The notes beneath the pieces are model-generated. The model had not been told where the DNA came from. It saw nothing but the letters and a program-made list of their open reading frames with translations, and did not search any database. The position numbers were made by a program, and so were the translations under genes. A stretch of 64,000 nucleotides of DNA from Nitrosopumilus sp. (lineage in GTDB: Archaea; Thermoproteota; Nitrososphaeria; Nitrososphaerales; Nitrosopumilaceae), in assembly GCA_965204345.1 (NCBI GenBank), contig OZ241981.1:1440001-1504000 (forward strand), written 5' to 3'. Positions 9,865 through 20,132 of the stretch are shown here, piece after piece; the first letter of the stretch is position 1; the number at the start of each line of letters is the position of its first letter.

Positions 9865-10316
9865 ATGCTGAAATTCATTTTATTTTCGTCTGCCCTGTTT
9901 ATGCTAGTTGTATTGCCATCCTCAATGGATGCTGCTTTTGCTCATCCTCATTTTGATCAAGTGATGATAAATGATCACACACACAACCCACAAACTCAAA
10001 ACATTCCATTAAATGACATGATGAAACTTCAGACAGCTACAATCCCATTTCATTCCCCTCAAGAAAACAAGCTACCTTGGGCTTTTGTTGAGGGCAACGT
10101 ACCAAATCATGTTAAGGGATATCCGGTAATAATCCAAATCTTCAAAGATATAGTCCAATTCACTTTGCTCAAACAAATGTAGAGCCAAACGGGGATTATG
10201 AGTACAAGTTCAGAGTCTTGTATTCTAATGGTGACATTACAAGCGAAATTTTTGATGATGATTACTCAATTAAAATCTTCAAGGTCGTATACCAAAGTCA
10301 AGAGAATTTAATTTAA
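9865..10316 (+). pseudogene. Secreted His-rich hypothetical protein, frameshifted near 10150
   Basis: Signal peptide followed by AFA-HPHF..HTH. After GYPVIIQIFKD another frame continues PIHFAQTNVEPNGDYEYKFRV...QENLI* to 10316. Confidence 0.65.
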
Positions 10317-11194
10317 AATCCTCGCAATCCCTCTGGACGAACAGTTTCTGGATGCTGTTTCATCCATCTTACTTTTTCTAACATCTCTTGTTTGTCTTGT
10401 GGGAATGTTCCCCTTACTGTATATGCATTAGAGCCATGATTTACCCTAAAGACAATCTCATTCTTTGTCTCAATCTGATTAACCAATTCATATAGTTCTT
10501 CTAGCGATTCATCATCATTGATTCTAACAAATTCTCCTTGATATTTCTCAATGAATTCTTGCTTGATTCCATTTTCTAGGTAGAGTGTCAATGCTCCAAC
10601 ATAATGTGGTGAGCATGCATTGAGCACCTCTGCTGTTCCCCTGATATGATCTTTTGAATATGTTTTTCCACCCAATCCCAAAATTACCATACATGACATA
10701 ACATATCCAGCTTCTTTTGCCTTGTTTACAGACTTGATTATTGTTTTAGATATTGCTCCCTTTGTGACTTTTTTCAAAACTGTGTCTGAGCCACTCTCAA
10801 TTCCCAAATAGAACATGTCCAACCCTGCCTCGTTGATCTGTTTTAGCTCCTCAGGCGTTTTCTTTAGAATATTCATAGGCATTGCATAGCAAGAAATTCT
10901 TTCAATATTTACAAATTTTTCCCTGATGTATTTTACAATTTTAATCATGTACTGTGAATCCAAATTCAAAGCATCACCATCTGCAAGAAATACCCGCTTT
11001 GTATCAGGCAGATATCCTGCCATCATGTCAATCTCTGCCTTGACATCTTCCCATGGTCTCTCTGAATATTCTTTTGATCTATACATATCACAAAACGAAC
11101 ATTCGTTAAATGAACAGCCCAAAGTCACTTGAAAAATTAATGATCTAGCCTCTGATGGTGGTCTGTATAAGGGCGCATCATAATTTAGCATCAT
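10313..11194 (-). CDS. Radical SAM protein
   Basis: CSFNECSFC (CxxxCxxC), FLADGDAL, LGIESGSD. Confidence 0.88.
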   Translation of the reverse strand: MMLNYDAPLYRPPSEARSLIFQVTLGCSFNECSFCDMYRSKEYSERPWEDVKAEIDMMAGYLPDTKRVFLADGDALNLDSQYMIKIVKYIREKFVNIERISCYAMPMNILKKTPEELKQINEAGLDMFYLGIESGSDTVLKKVTKGAISKTIIKSVNKAKEAGYVMSCMVILGLGGKTYSKDHIRGTAEVLNACSPHYVGALTLYLENGIKQEFIEKYQGEFVRINDDESLEELYELVNQIETKNEIVFRVNHGSNAYTVRGTFPQDKQEMLEKVRWMKQHPETVRPEGLRGF

Positions 11195-11295
11195 TTTTAT
11201 CCGTTGAGATTTGTTTGATTATGTTTTTTATATTTTCTACTATATTTGTCCCAGAATACCTTTTAGTAGTAAATTGGAGATGAATCTCGTAATAT

Positions 11296-11598
11296 ATGGC
11301 AAATGATCCTTATGCAAGAAGGCTTCTCTGGTTTGTATTTGCAGGCTCTAGAGGAGGATTAAATCGATTAAAAATAATTTCTAAATTAAAGGAAAATCCA
11401 TTCAACATAAATCAACTGGCAAAAGAATTGAATCTTGATTACAAGGCCATTCAACATCATATCAGAGTACTGGAAAAAAATAACATGGTAAGCAAAGTTG
11501 GAGAAAAATACAATGTAACCTATTTTGTATCCACTTTTCTTGAAGTCAATATGGAGACATTTGAAGAAATTGAAGAGAAATTGGATAAAAGTAAATAA
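11296..11598 (+). CDS. ArsR-like winged-helix transcription regulator
   Basis: GSRGGLNRLKII...NINQLAKELNLDYKAIQHHIRVL. Confidence 0.85.
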   Translation: MANDPYARRLLWFVFAGSRGGLNRLKIISKLKENPFNINQLAKELNLDYKAIQHHIRVLEKNNMVSKVGEKYNVTYFVSTFLEVNMETFEEIEEKLDKSK

Positions 11599-11623
11599 AA
11601 GCTCAAGCGGTGTCTGTGACTAA

Positions 11624-11908
11624 ATGGAACCCACCTCACTGATCCTATCAGTTGTCTCAATGGCAAATATGGGCATATTGGGTATCTTGATTGCAATTTT
11701 TGGAAACATGTATCGCAAAACCCAAGCGCAGCTTCCTTTGGGAATGATCGTCGTTGCTGGAATGCTAATTTTACATAATGTAATTGGCGCCATTGGTTAT
11801 TTCTCTCATGAGATGATCTTCTCTCATGACATATTCCCATATATGTTGGGGGTAGGTATTGCAGAACTTGTTGGATTAATCATATTTCTAAGGATCACTT
11901 TGGACTAG
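11624..11908 (+). CDS. Small 3-TM membrane protein paired with the wHTH regulator
   Basis: Three hydrophobic helices; resembles 36652-36954. Confidence 0.75.
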   Translation: MEPTSLILSVVSMANMGILGILIAIFGNMYRKTQAQLPLGMIVVAGMLILHNVIGAIGYFSHEMIFSHDIFPYMLGVGIAELVGLIIFLRITLD

Positions 11909-11943
11909 TCTTAGTTTATTTGTAATAAATTATTTTTTAAGCT

Positions 11944-12387
11944 GTGCTACGAGAATATCTAAAACTTAACAAAAATATTCTCATAGCATTTGCTGCATCA
12001 ATTATTATCTCTGCAGTCATTGCCCAAATCTTATCTGATCAAAGCGCTTTTCTGAATACGACTTATACGACAATTTCCGATTATGCAATATTTTTTTCAG
12101 TTTTTAGCAGTATGTTTTATTTGGATAACAGAAAAAAATACAGATTAGAGTCTGGAAACACTGATACTGCCAAGCTAAGACATGATCTAAAAAAATTAAT
12201 CACTTCATTGGGTATTGCAGAAATTGTATACACTGCAATCAGATGGGCACTTCAGTATTACTTCCTAACCATCAACTATGATCCATATTTGGCATCTGTT
12301 GCATCCCAAGGAATCTCTACAATTATTTATATGATAACTCTGAACCTAATTATAAAAATAATGAGGTTATACAAAGATGGGAATTAG
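11944..12387 (+). CDS. Membrane protein (GtrA-like topology)
   Basis: About 4 TM helices; overlaps the start of the RNase H gene. Confidence 0.6.
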   Translation: MLREYLKLNKNILIAFAASIIISAVIAQILSDQSAFLNTTYTTISDYAIFFSVFSSMFYLDNRKKYRLESGNTDTAKLRHDLKKLITSLGIAEIVYTAIRWALQYYFLTINYDPYLASVASQGISTIIYMITLNLIIKIMRLYKDGN

Positions 12388-12736
12388 TATTTACGTTGAC
12401 GGTTCTGGTGGAGATGATAGTGGATATGGATACTTTGTTAAGGAAACAGGAGAATCGTTTTATGAAAAAAAACCTGATCTAACCAACAACCAGGCTGAAT
12501 ATCTAGCAATAATCTCTGCACTAAACAAATACGTTGACTCTGATGATCAAATTATCATTTACAGCGATTCTAAAAATACTGTAAACCAACTAAACCATGA
12601 ATTTGCAATTAATAATGAGCATCTGCGAACTCTGGCACGAGAAGCATGGCAAATTATTGGAAAATTTTCTGACAACCTCTCCATTGTTTGGATTCCAAGA
12701 AAAGATAACCTGGCAGGAAAAATGCTGGGAAGCTAA
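12377..12736 (+). CDS. rnhA: Ribonuclease HI (archaeal type)
   Basis: YVDGS, TNNQAEY, YSDS, WIPRKDN. Confidence 0.85.
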   Translation: MGISIYVDGSGGDDSGYGYFVKETGESFYEKKPDLTNNQAEYLAIISALNKYVDSDDQIIIYSDSKNTVNQLNHEFAINNEHLRTLAREAWQIIGKFSDNLSIVWIPRKDNLAGKMLGS

Positions 12737-12800
12737 AAAACATAGATCAGAAATTTTCAAGAATAACTTTATTATACAAAAATCTTAAAATTAAATCATC

Positions 12801-14897
12801 ATGGCAGAATCTCCGATCTTATCTCCAAAATCAATTGCAGTAATTGGTGCGTCTGATAAGAGGGGCAGTGTTGGTGCCACAATTACATCAAATATTATGA
12901 ACGGATTCAAAGGAACAGTCTACCCAATCAGTCCATCAAGAGACAAGGTCTTTTACAAAAAGGCATACAAGTCTGTTTTGGATGTTCCAAAATCAATTGA
13001 TCTTGCAGTTATCGTCATCAAAAACACCCTAGTTGCACCTGTACTAGAAGAGTGCGGAAAGAAAAAGATCAAGGGTGTCATCATAATCACAGCTGGTTTT
13101 AAGGAAGTTGATGAGGAAGGGGCCAAACGGGAACAGCAAATAAAGGATATTGCCAAAAAATACAGCATCCAAGTTATTGGGCCAAATTGTCTTGGTGTCA
13201 TGAATCTTGATCCAAAAACAATGATGAATTCTACGTTCCTTAAGGTCACACCAAAGTCTGGAAAGATTGCACTCGTTTCCCAAAGCGGTGCCATATGTGC
13301 TGCATTGGTAGAGGATGCAAGTGCGCAAGGAATTGGCTTTTCAGCCGTTGTTAGTTTAGGAAACAAAGCCGTAATGAGCGAAGTAGACATTCTAAAAATT
13401 CTTGCAAATCACAAGCAGACCAGAGTCATTGTAATGTATCTTGAAGATATGGGGAATGGCCAAGAATTTCTTAAGGTTTGCAAAAACATTACTAAAAAGC
13501 TCAAAAAACCAGTATTGGTTCTCAAATCTGGACGCAGTCCGGAGGGTGCAAAGGCTGCAATGTCCCATACTGGTGCATTGATGGGCTCAGATGAAATCTA
13601 TGATGCACTACTCAAACAGTCCGGTGCAATCAGAGTTGATACGATGGAGGAACTGTTTGACTATGCAACTGCATTTTCAAAACAGCCACTTCCGTCAAAA
13701 GGCCAACTTGTAATTGTTTCAAATGCAGGCGGACCTGCAATTATCTCAACTGATGCATGCTCCAAAATGAAAATTAAGATGGCAGATATTACAAGTGTAA
13801 GAAAAAAGATTGATGCGGTAATTCCTCCTTGGGGAAGCTCTGGAAATCCTGTTGATATTGTAGGTGATGCTGATTTTAACAGATTCCACAATGTGCTGGA
13901 TAGGGTTCTTGCACATCCCAAGGTCGGCTCTGTGATTTCAATGTGTACACCATCTGGAACACTGGACTATGACAAACTGGCCGAAGTCATCGTTTCAATG
14001 TCAAAGAAATACAAAAAAACAATGCTTGCAAGTCTAATGGGGTTAGATGAGGGTATTACAAACAGAGAAATCCTGGCAAGGGGCAACGTTCCATATTACA
14101 CGTATGCAGAAGGCGCAATACGAACGCTTGCTGCAATGATCAAATTTTCAAACTGGACCAAAGCACCAAATGGCAAAATTACAAAATTCAAAGTAGACAA
14201 GACAAAAGCTCAAAAGATATTTGATAAAGTAAAAGGTGAAAAACGACCAAATCTTCTAGAAGAGGAAGGACAACAAGTTCTCAAAGCTTATGGATTGCCA
14301 CTACCAAAAAGTGCTCTAGCTACATCAGAGGCAGAAGCTGTAAAAATTGCAAAAAAGATTGGCTATCCTGTTGTAATGAAGATTGCATCCCCACAAATTA
14401 TCCACAAGTCTGATGCAGGTGGTGTTAAAGTTAATTTGACAAACGATGCTGAAATCAAATCTGCATTTAAAACAATAATCAAAAACGCAAAAAGCTACAA
14501 CAACAAAGCCAAAATCAAGGGAGTCTTGATTGTAGAGATGGTAAAAGGCGGCAAAGAGCTCATCATAGGCTCAAAACTCGAGCCTGGATTTGGTCCTGTT
14601 ATCATGCTTGGAATGGGCGGAATCTATGTTGAGGTTCTCAAAGATGTAACCTTCAAGCTTGCACCGGTAACTGATAGGGAATCTGATGATATGATCGCAT
14701 CAATTAAAACTCAAAAATTACTGCAAGGAGTTAGGGGTGAGAAGCCATCTGATATTGCAAAACTGTCTGAATGTATTCAGAGACTATCTCAACTGGTCTC
14801 TGATTTCAAAGAGATCAAAGAATTGGATATGAATCCAGTGTTGGTCATGGAGAAAGGAAAAGGCTGCAGAATTCTTGATGTCAGAATTGGACTCTGA
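12801..14897 (+). CDS. ADP-forming acyl-CoA synthetase, probably 4-hydroxybutyryl-CoA synthetase (3HP/4HB cycle)
   Basis: CoA-binding domain, GPNCLG, SQSGA, SHTGAL, ATP-grasp HKSDAGGV; adjacent to 4HB-CoA dehydratase. Confidence 0.88.
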   Translation: MAESPILSPKSIAVIGASDKRGSVGATITSNIMNGFKGTVYPISPSRDKVFYKKAYKSVLDVPKSIDLAVIVIKNTLVAPVLEECGKKKIKGVIIITAGFKEVDEEGAKREQQIKDIAKKYSIQVIGPNCLGVMNLDPKTMMNSTFLKVTPKSGKIALVSQSGAICAALVEDASAQGIGFSAVVSLGNKAVMSEVDILKILANHKQTRVIVMYLEDMGNGQEFLKVCKNITKKLKKPVLVLKSGRSPEGAKAAMSHTGALMGSDEIYDALLKQSGAIRVDTMEELFDYATAFSKQPLPSKGQLVIVSNAGGPAIISTDACSKMKIKMADITSVRKKIDAVIPPWGSSGNPVDIVGDADFNRFHNVLDRVLAHPKVGSVISMCTPSGTLDYDKLAEVIVSMSKKYKKTMLASLMGLDEGITNREILARGNVPYYTYAEGAIRTLAAMIKFSNWTKAPNGKITKFKVDKTKAQKIFDKVKGEKRPNLLEEEGQQVLKAYGLPLPKSALATSEAEAVKIAKKIGYPVVMKIASPQIIHKSDAGGVKVNLTNDAEIKSAFKTIIKNAKSYNNKAKIKGVLIVEMVKGGKELIIGSKLEPGFGPVIMLGMGGIYVEVLKDVTFKLAPVTDRESDDMIASIKTQKLLQGVRGEKPSDIAKLSECIQRLSQLVSDFKEIKELDMNPVLVMEKGKGCRILDVRIGL

Positions 14898-14969
14898 TTA
14901 CGATTCCTTCCTAAGTTTTCGACATTACTAATCTAGAATATTTATACAACGTCAGAATAATAGTATTAC

Positions 14970-16496
14970 ATGGCTAATGTCTTAAAGACAATTAGAACAG
15001 GTGATGATTACATTGAAAGTCTTAGGGGACGGGATCTAAAAATTTACCTCTTTGGGGAGCTGGTAAAAGAACCAGTTGATCATCCAATGATTAGGCCATC
15101 AATTAATGCAGTTGCAGAGACTTATGACCTTGCAGTACGTGAAGAATCATTGGCATCTGCTGACTCCTCAATTACCGGATTAAAGGTTAACAGATTTTTA
15201 CACATTGCAGAAAGTGCAGAAGATTTAGTCTTACAAAATAAAATGCAACGAAAGTTAGGACAAAACACGGGAACCTGTTTCCAAAGATGTGTTGGCATGG
15301 ACGCAATGAATTCTTTGCATTCTACAACATTTGAAATTGATGAAAAGCACGGAACTGATTATCACAGACGATTCTTGGAATTTGTAAAGATGGTTCAGCA
15401 AGAAAATCTTGTAATTGGAGGTGCCATGACTGATCCTAAGGGAGATAGAAGCAAGGGCCCTGCTGAACAAGATGACCCTGATTTGTTTACAAGAATAGTT
15501 GAAACTGACGATAGGGGTGTCTATGTGTCAGGCGCAAAAGCCCACCAAACCGGCTGTATAAACTCGCACTGGATTATCTTAATGCCAACTATTAGACTAA
15601 CAGAATCCGATAAAGACTGGGCAATTGTCGGGGCAATTCCCGCAGATGCAAAAGGTGTCACTTACATTTACGGTAGACAATCCTGTGATACGCGAAGTAT
15701 GGAGGAGGGCGATATCGATGATGGCAATGCAAAATTTGGAGGACAAGAGGCACTAATCATTTTAGACAGGGTGTTCATTCCCTGGGACAAGGTCTTCATG
15801 CATGGAGAATATGAGTTTGCATCCATGCTTGTAGAGAGGTTCACATGTTATCATAGGCGCAGTTATGTATGCAAAACAGGTCTTGGCGATGTGTTAATTG
15901 GGGCAGCTGCAACTATTGCAGATTACAATGGCGTACCAAAAGTATCTCACATTAAGGATAAAATTATTGAGATGACTCATCTTAATGAGACAATTTTTGC
16001 TGCAGGCATTGCATCATCTCATCAAGGTCAGAAAATGAAATCAGGCGTGTTCCTAAATGATGACATGCTTGCTCAGGTTTGCAAACACAATGTAACTCGG
16101 TTCCCCTATGAGATTAGTAGATTGGCTCAAGATATTGCAGGTGGTCTGGTAGTTACATTGCCGTCTGAAAAAGACTTTAGGCATCCAGAGGCAGGACCGC
16201 TACTCAAAAAGTATCTTGCAGGACGAAAAGGGACTGATGTTGAAAATAGGATGAGAATCTTACGGTTAATTGAAAATATGACTTTGGGTAGAAATGCAGT
16301 TGGATATCTTACTGAATCTATGCATGGAGCAGGTTCCCCACAAGCACAAAGAATTCAAATCCAGAGACAGATGCAAGTAGGCTACAAAAAGAATCTAGCA
16401 AAGAATCTAGCCGGTATTACAAATGATGTTGAAGAGCCACTAGAACCCTCTGATTACTTTAAACGAGTTTTCAAAACAAAGGATTCCGTTCTTTAG
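14970..16496 (+). CDS. abfD: 4-hydroxybutyryl-CoA dehydratase
   Basis: TCFQRCVGMD, AMTDPKGDRS, CYHRRSYVCK, ESMHGAGSPQAQR. Confidence 0.95.
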   Translation: MANVLKTIRTGDDYIESLRGRDLKIYLFGELVKEPVDHPMIRPSINAVAETYDLAVREESLASADSSITGLKVNRFLHIAESAEDLVLQNKMQRKLGQNTGTCFQRCVGMDAMNSLHSTTFEIDEKHGTDYHRRFLEFVKMVQQENLVIGGAMTDPKGDRSKGPAEQDDPDLFTRIVETDDRGVYVSGAKAHQTGCINSHWIILMPTIRLTESDKDWAIVGAIPADAKGVTYIYGRQSCDTRSMEEGDIDDGNAKFGGQEALIILDRVFIPWDKVFMHGEYEFASMLVERFTCYHRRSYVCKTGLGDVLIGAAATIADYNGVPKVSHIKDKIIEMTHLNETIFAAGIASSHQGQKMKSGVFLNDDMLAQVCKHNVTRFPYEISRLAQDIAGGLVVTLPSEKDFRHPEAGPLLKKYLAGRKGTDVENRMRILRLIENMTLGRNAVGYLTESMHGAGSPQAQRIQIQRQMQVGYKKNLAKNLAGITNDVEEPLEPSDYFKRVFKTKDSVL

Positions 16497-16725
16497 AATT
16501 AATCTTTGGCTTTTCTCTGATTTTGTAATATGAGTTTATTACTGTAATCTTGATGTAGTAGAGTCTGTTATTTTTGAACTGACAGGTCTTCATATTGAAA
16601 ATAGTTCCGGCATTGGAATTCTTTTCAGAAGATCCGTTTGTAGATCCAATCAAGGGAGAATTATTGCAAAATGTAAAACAATACCCCCCTACCTGACTTG
16701 TTTGCCTAATTTTTTGTCGATTTTT

Positions 16726-18159
16726 TTACTCTTTATCCTTTTCAGATCTTACATCCGTACTGTCATCTTCAATGGGCTCTTCTGTTTCTTGCATCTCTTT
16801 TTTAATCCCTTCAGACTTCTTGCCTGCTGATTCATCTAACTGATCCAAATCTTCGGATTTAGGCATGTGTTCAGAGTATTCTGAATCCTTTTCCATCTTC
16901 CCAATACCTGATAATTCCTCACTTGGTTCAGAGTATTCTGAATCCTTTTCCATCTTCCCAATACCTGATAATTCCTCACTTGGTTCAGAGTATTCTGAAT
17001 CCTTTTCCATCTTCCCAATACCTGATAATTCCTCACTTGGTTCAGAGTATTCTGAATCCTTTTCCATCTTCCCAATACCTGATAATTCCTCACTTGGTTC
17101 AGAGTATTCTGAATCCTTTTCCATCTTCCCAATACCTGATAATTCCTCACTTGGTTCAGAGTATTCTGAATCCTTTTCCATCTTCCCAATACCTGATAAT
17201 TCCTCACTTGGTTCAGAGTATTCTGAATCCTTTTCCATCTTCCCAATACCTGATAATTCCTCACTTGGTTCAGAGTATTCTGAATCCTTTTCCATCTTCC
17301 CAATACCTGATAATTCCTCACTTGGTTCAGAGTATTCTGAATCCTTTTCCATCTTCCCAATACCTGATAATTCCTCACTTGGTTCAGAGTATTCTGAATC
17401 CTTTTCCATCTTCCCAATACCTGATAATTCCTCACTTGGTTCAGAGTATTCTGAATCCTTTTCCATCTTCCCAATACCTGATAATTCCTCACTTGGTTCA
17501 GAGTATTCTGAATCCTTTTCCATCTTCCCAATACCTGATAATTCCTCACTTGGTTCAGAGTATTCTGAATCCTTTTCCATCTTCCCAATACCTGATAATT
17601 CCTCACTTGGTTCAGAGTATTCTAAATTATCCTGCAATGGATCTGAAAGTACTGTTTCTTTTTTCCTTTTTGCAAACTGTTTAGCAATCATAATTCCGAT
17701 GACTACAGCAATTATGATGTAATTGATTGGCGGTTTTATTATCTGAGTAACATATCCTATCTGTGGAAGTATATATTCTACTTTTCCTATGTATTCTTCT
17801 TCTGTAATTGGAAAATCAGTGCCTGGAATTGATCCTGGATTTGCGTCTCCTTGTGTTTTTACCGTCTTTGGATCGTGTGATTGAATTTCTACTACTCTGT
17901 GTACAATTACTCTGTCATGGTCCGATGGCCGATTAAACACAATGATATCCCCAATCGCGATATCCTCAAACGGTTCGTTACCTTGAACTATCAGAATGTC
18001 ATATACTTGTAAAACTGGAACCATACTCCCACTTGCAACAACATAAAATGGATTCTGCGTTCCAAATGCTACTTGCAGGCCTATCCAAATCACCAAAACT
18101 CCAACACCGACAATTATGATGTCTTTTACTATTCCTTTTGAGATTGATATTTTTGTCAA
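16726..18159 (-). CDS. Signal peptidase I (Sec11/S26) with an acidic tandem-repeat C-terminal tail
   Basis: VVASGSMVP (Ser), GDIIVF, IVHRV (His), TQGDAN; second TM helix followed by repeats. Confidence 0.9.
   Translation of the reverse strand: MTKISISKGIVKDIIIVGVGVLVIWIGLQVAFGTQNPFYVVASGSMVPVLQVYDILIVQGNEPFEDIAIGDIIVFNRPSDHDRVIVHRVVEIQSHDPKTVKTQGDANPGSIPGTDFPITEEEYIGKVEYILPQIGYVTQIIKPPINYIIIAVVIGIMIAKQFAKRKKETVLSDPLQDNLEYSEPSEELSGIGKMEKDSEYSEPSEELSGIGKMEKDSEYSEPSEELSGIGKMEKDSEYSEPSEELSGIGKMEKDSEYSEPSEELSGIGKMEKDSEYSEPSEELSGIGKMEKDSEYSEPSEELSGIGKMEKDSEYSEPSEELSGIGKMEKDSEYSEPSEELSGIGKMEKDSEYSEPSEELSGIGKMEKDSEYSEPSEELSGIGKMEKDSEYSEPSEELSGIGKMEKDSEYSEPSEELSGIGKMEKDSEYSEHMPKSEDLDQLDESAGKKSEGIKKEMQETEEPIEDDSTDVRSEKDKE
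16870..17623 (-). repeat. 57-bp perfect tandem repeat, 13 copies plus a partial copy (EYSEPSEELSGIGKMEKDS)
   Basis: TCAGAGTATT recurs every 57 nt from 16871 to 17612. Confidence 0.95.
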
Positions 18160-18197
18160 TTGTATTATCGCCTATACTGTAATTGATTACTTTTTCA

Positions 18198-18941
18198 TTA
18201 GATTTTTGTTCCACACTCTTCGCAGAATTTAGAGCCCTCTTTGTTTACAAATCCACAGCTAGAGCATCTTCCTGGCGTGGATGCCTCTTCTGGCTTGCCT
18301 AAGAGAACTACCTCCCCTATTTTCTTAATGCTATTCCATGATATGCTGCCTTCAGTACCATCTTCTTTTGTAATTACCAAAACCATAGTCTGTGCAGAGT
18401 CAATCCCTACTTGTTTTGCAGTTCCGACTTTGTTTGCATTTTCATCAAACACTATTTTTCCCTCAATTGATGTAACAGACGTTGCCGGACCTGGTCTTGT
18501 AGATGACTCTTGTGGAGTCTGTACTGCAGGTTCTGTATCTTGTTGTGGCGTGGATTCTGTCTGTGGAGCAGTTTGCGTCTGAGGCTCTAATGGCTTTGCA
18601 CTCCCTACTTCTTCTGCCTCATCTTGCTTTTTAAATTCCCTATATTCTGCTATGGTTGAATTACATGAATTACAATTGTACTGTCCTCGTTCTGCAAGAA
18701 CCAGGTTTTCTGCGACTTCCTCATTTGGATTCTCAAATTCTATTTTTGGAGAACCGTCAAATTCCTTCTCACAGGTATTGCAAAAATGTTTAGTAATTTT
18801 TTCTGCATCCAATCTTCCAATTGGTGCCAAAAACAGATCAGGACCTCCTAGATTACCCTTCATTTGCTGCTCATCAGTTACTGAAGCCATAACGTAACCT
18901 CCAGATCCTCTTAATTTTTTAAGTCTCAGTTCCGAACTCAT
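18198..18941 (-). CDS. Zinc-ribbon protein with PRC-barrel-like domain
   Basis: CNTC/CNSC, IEGKIVFDENANKVG PRC-like segment, C-terminal CSSC..CEEC. Confidence 0.75.
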   Translation of the reverse strand: MSSELRLKKLRGSGGYVMASVTDEQQMKGNLGGPDLFLAPIGRLDAEKITKHFCNTCEKEFDGSPKIEFENPNEEVAENLVLAERGQYNCNSCNSTIAEYREFKKQDEAEEVGSAKPLEPQTQTAPQTESTPQQDTEPAVQTPQESSTRPGPATSVTSIEGKIVFDENANKVGTAKQVGIDSAQTMVLVITKEDGTEGSISWNSIKKIGEVVLLGKPEEASTPGRCSSCGFVNKEGSKFCEECGTKI

Positions 18942-19056
18942 ATCTGGGCTTTAGCAAAACGTCATTTAAGTATATATCAAAATTAATTTTACAACAAAAA
19001 ATATGGTGATAGTTCTGGTGAACGTTTTTAGGTACGGTCAATAAAATAATGTTACA

Positions 19057-19383
19057 ATGGCTGTTACACAAATTTCAGACGCAAAATCATGGGAAATAGA
19101 TGTAATCAATTCTGATATTCCTGTATTTGTGGACTTTTGGGCCGAATGGTGTGGTCCGTGTAGGATGGTAGGTCCGGTAGTTGAAGAACTTGCAGCTGAC
19201 TATGATGGCAAAGTAAAATTTGTCAAGGTTAATGTTGATGAGGCCAATGAATTGGCATCAAAATATAATGTATTTAGCATTCCAACTTTAATCCTACTTA
19301 ACAAGGGTGAGATAGTTAGCCAACAAGTAGGTGCAGCTTCTAAAGAATCATACCAAGGTATGATTGATAGAGCACTTGCATAA
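19057..19383 (+). CDS. trxA: Thioredoxin
   Basis: WCGPC active site. Confidence 0.95.
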   Translation: MAVTQISDAKSWEIDVINSDIPVFVDFWAEWCGPCRMVGPVVEELAADYDGKVKFVKVNVDEANELASKYNVFSIPTLILLNKGEIVSQQVGAASKESYQGMIDRALA

Positions 19384-19573
19384 CTGACTTACATACACAC
19401 ACGTTTTTCTCTTTTTTGATTTTTATTGTGATGGCAAAAACTAACTAAATGCTTGTTTTTTAATCTGGGCATATGCTATAAAGGAAAGTGTACTGGATGT
19501 GAGAGTAACTGACCTAATCATAAACTCTAATCTGATCCTAAAGTAATTAATATTACAAAAATTGAGTGGGATT

Positions 19574-20107
19574 ATGTCATTTGGTGAAGTGGATACGCTT
19601 GGTATGTTATTTGACAAACTGCAGAGTCTGTTTGACGAGTCTCAAGGATACTATGAGTCATTCCTAGATACTAACAACATGTACAAGAAAGGCCAAATTG
19701 GCGATAAAGAATTCTTTCAAAAATTAGGTGATTATACAGTTGCATATTCTGCATTAGAATTTCTGGCCATCAAAGTACTTTTTGAATTAAAAAAATCTGT
19801 AGATGGTGGAACTGGAAATACACAATCGCCTGGTTTGATGCCAGGTATGGGTCAGCCAGGAATGATGCCAGGTGGTATGGGTCAGCCTCCACGAGCAGGA
19901 ACTGCACAAAATCCTGTGGGTGGCGGACCTCCCGGAATTGTATCAGCTCAGGAAGCATTTGGAGATGTCGGAACTTTGCCGTCACCAGATCCTGCATTGA
20001 TGCCAAGACAAGCAGCACAACCACAATCTGGCAATGGATGTTCTTCTTGTGGTGCATCACTTAGACCAAATGCAAAATTTTGTACAAAGTGTGGCTCCAA
20101 AGCCTAA
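19574..20107 (+). CDS. Zinc-ribbon protein with P/G/M-rich linker
   Basis: C-terminal CSSCG...FCTKCG. Confidence 0.75.
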   Translation: MSFGEVDTLGMLFDKLQSLFDESQGYYESFLDTNNMYKKGQIGDKEFFQKLGDYTVAYSALEFLAIKVLFELKKSVDGGTGNTQSPGLMPGMGQPGMMPGGMGQPPRAGTAQNPVGGGPPGIVSAQEAFGDVGTLPSPDPALMPRQAAQPQSGNGCSSCGASLRPNAKFCTKCGSKA

Positions 20108-20132
20108 AACCAATTAAACAAAACCTGTTTTC

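Noticed and set aside
16471-16720. Short ORFs between the dehydratase and signal peptidase genes
   Set aside because: No recognisable motif or convincing start in any frame.
16870-17623. Regular 57-bp array as a CRISPR
   Set aside because: Units are contiguous and identical with no unique spacers, in frame within a CDS, and there are no cas genes in the window.
16836-17722. Three alternative-frame repeat ORFs
   Set aside because: They are by-products of a repeat unit lacking stops; only the signal peptidase frame has catalytic motifs.
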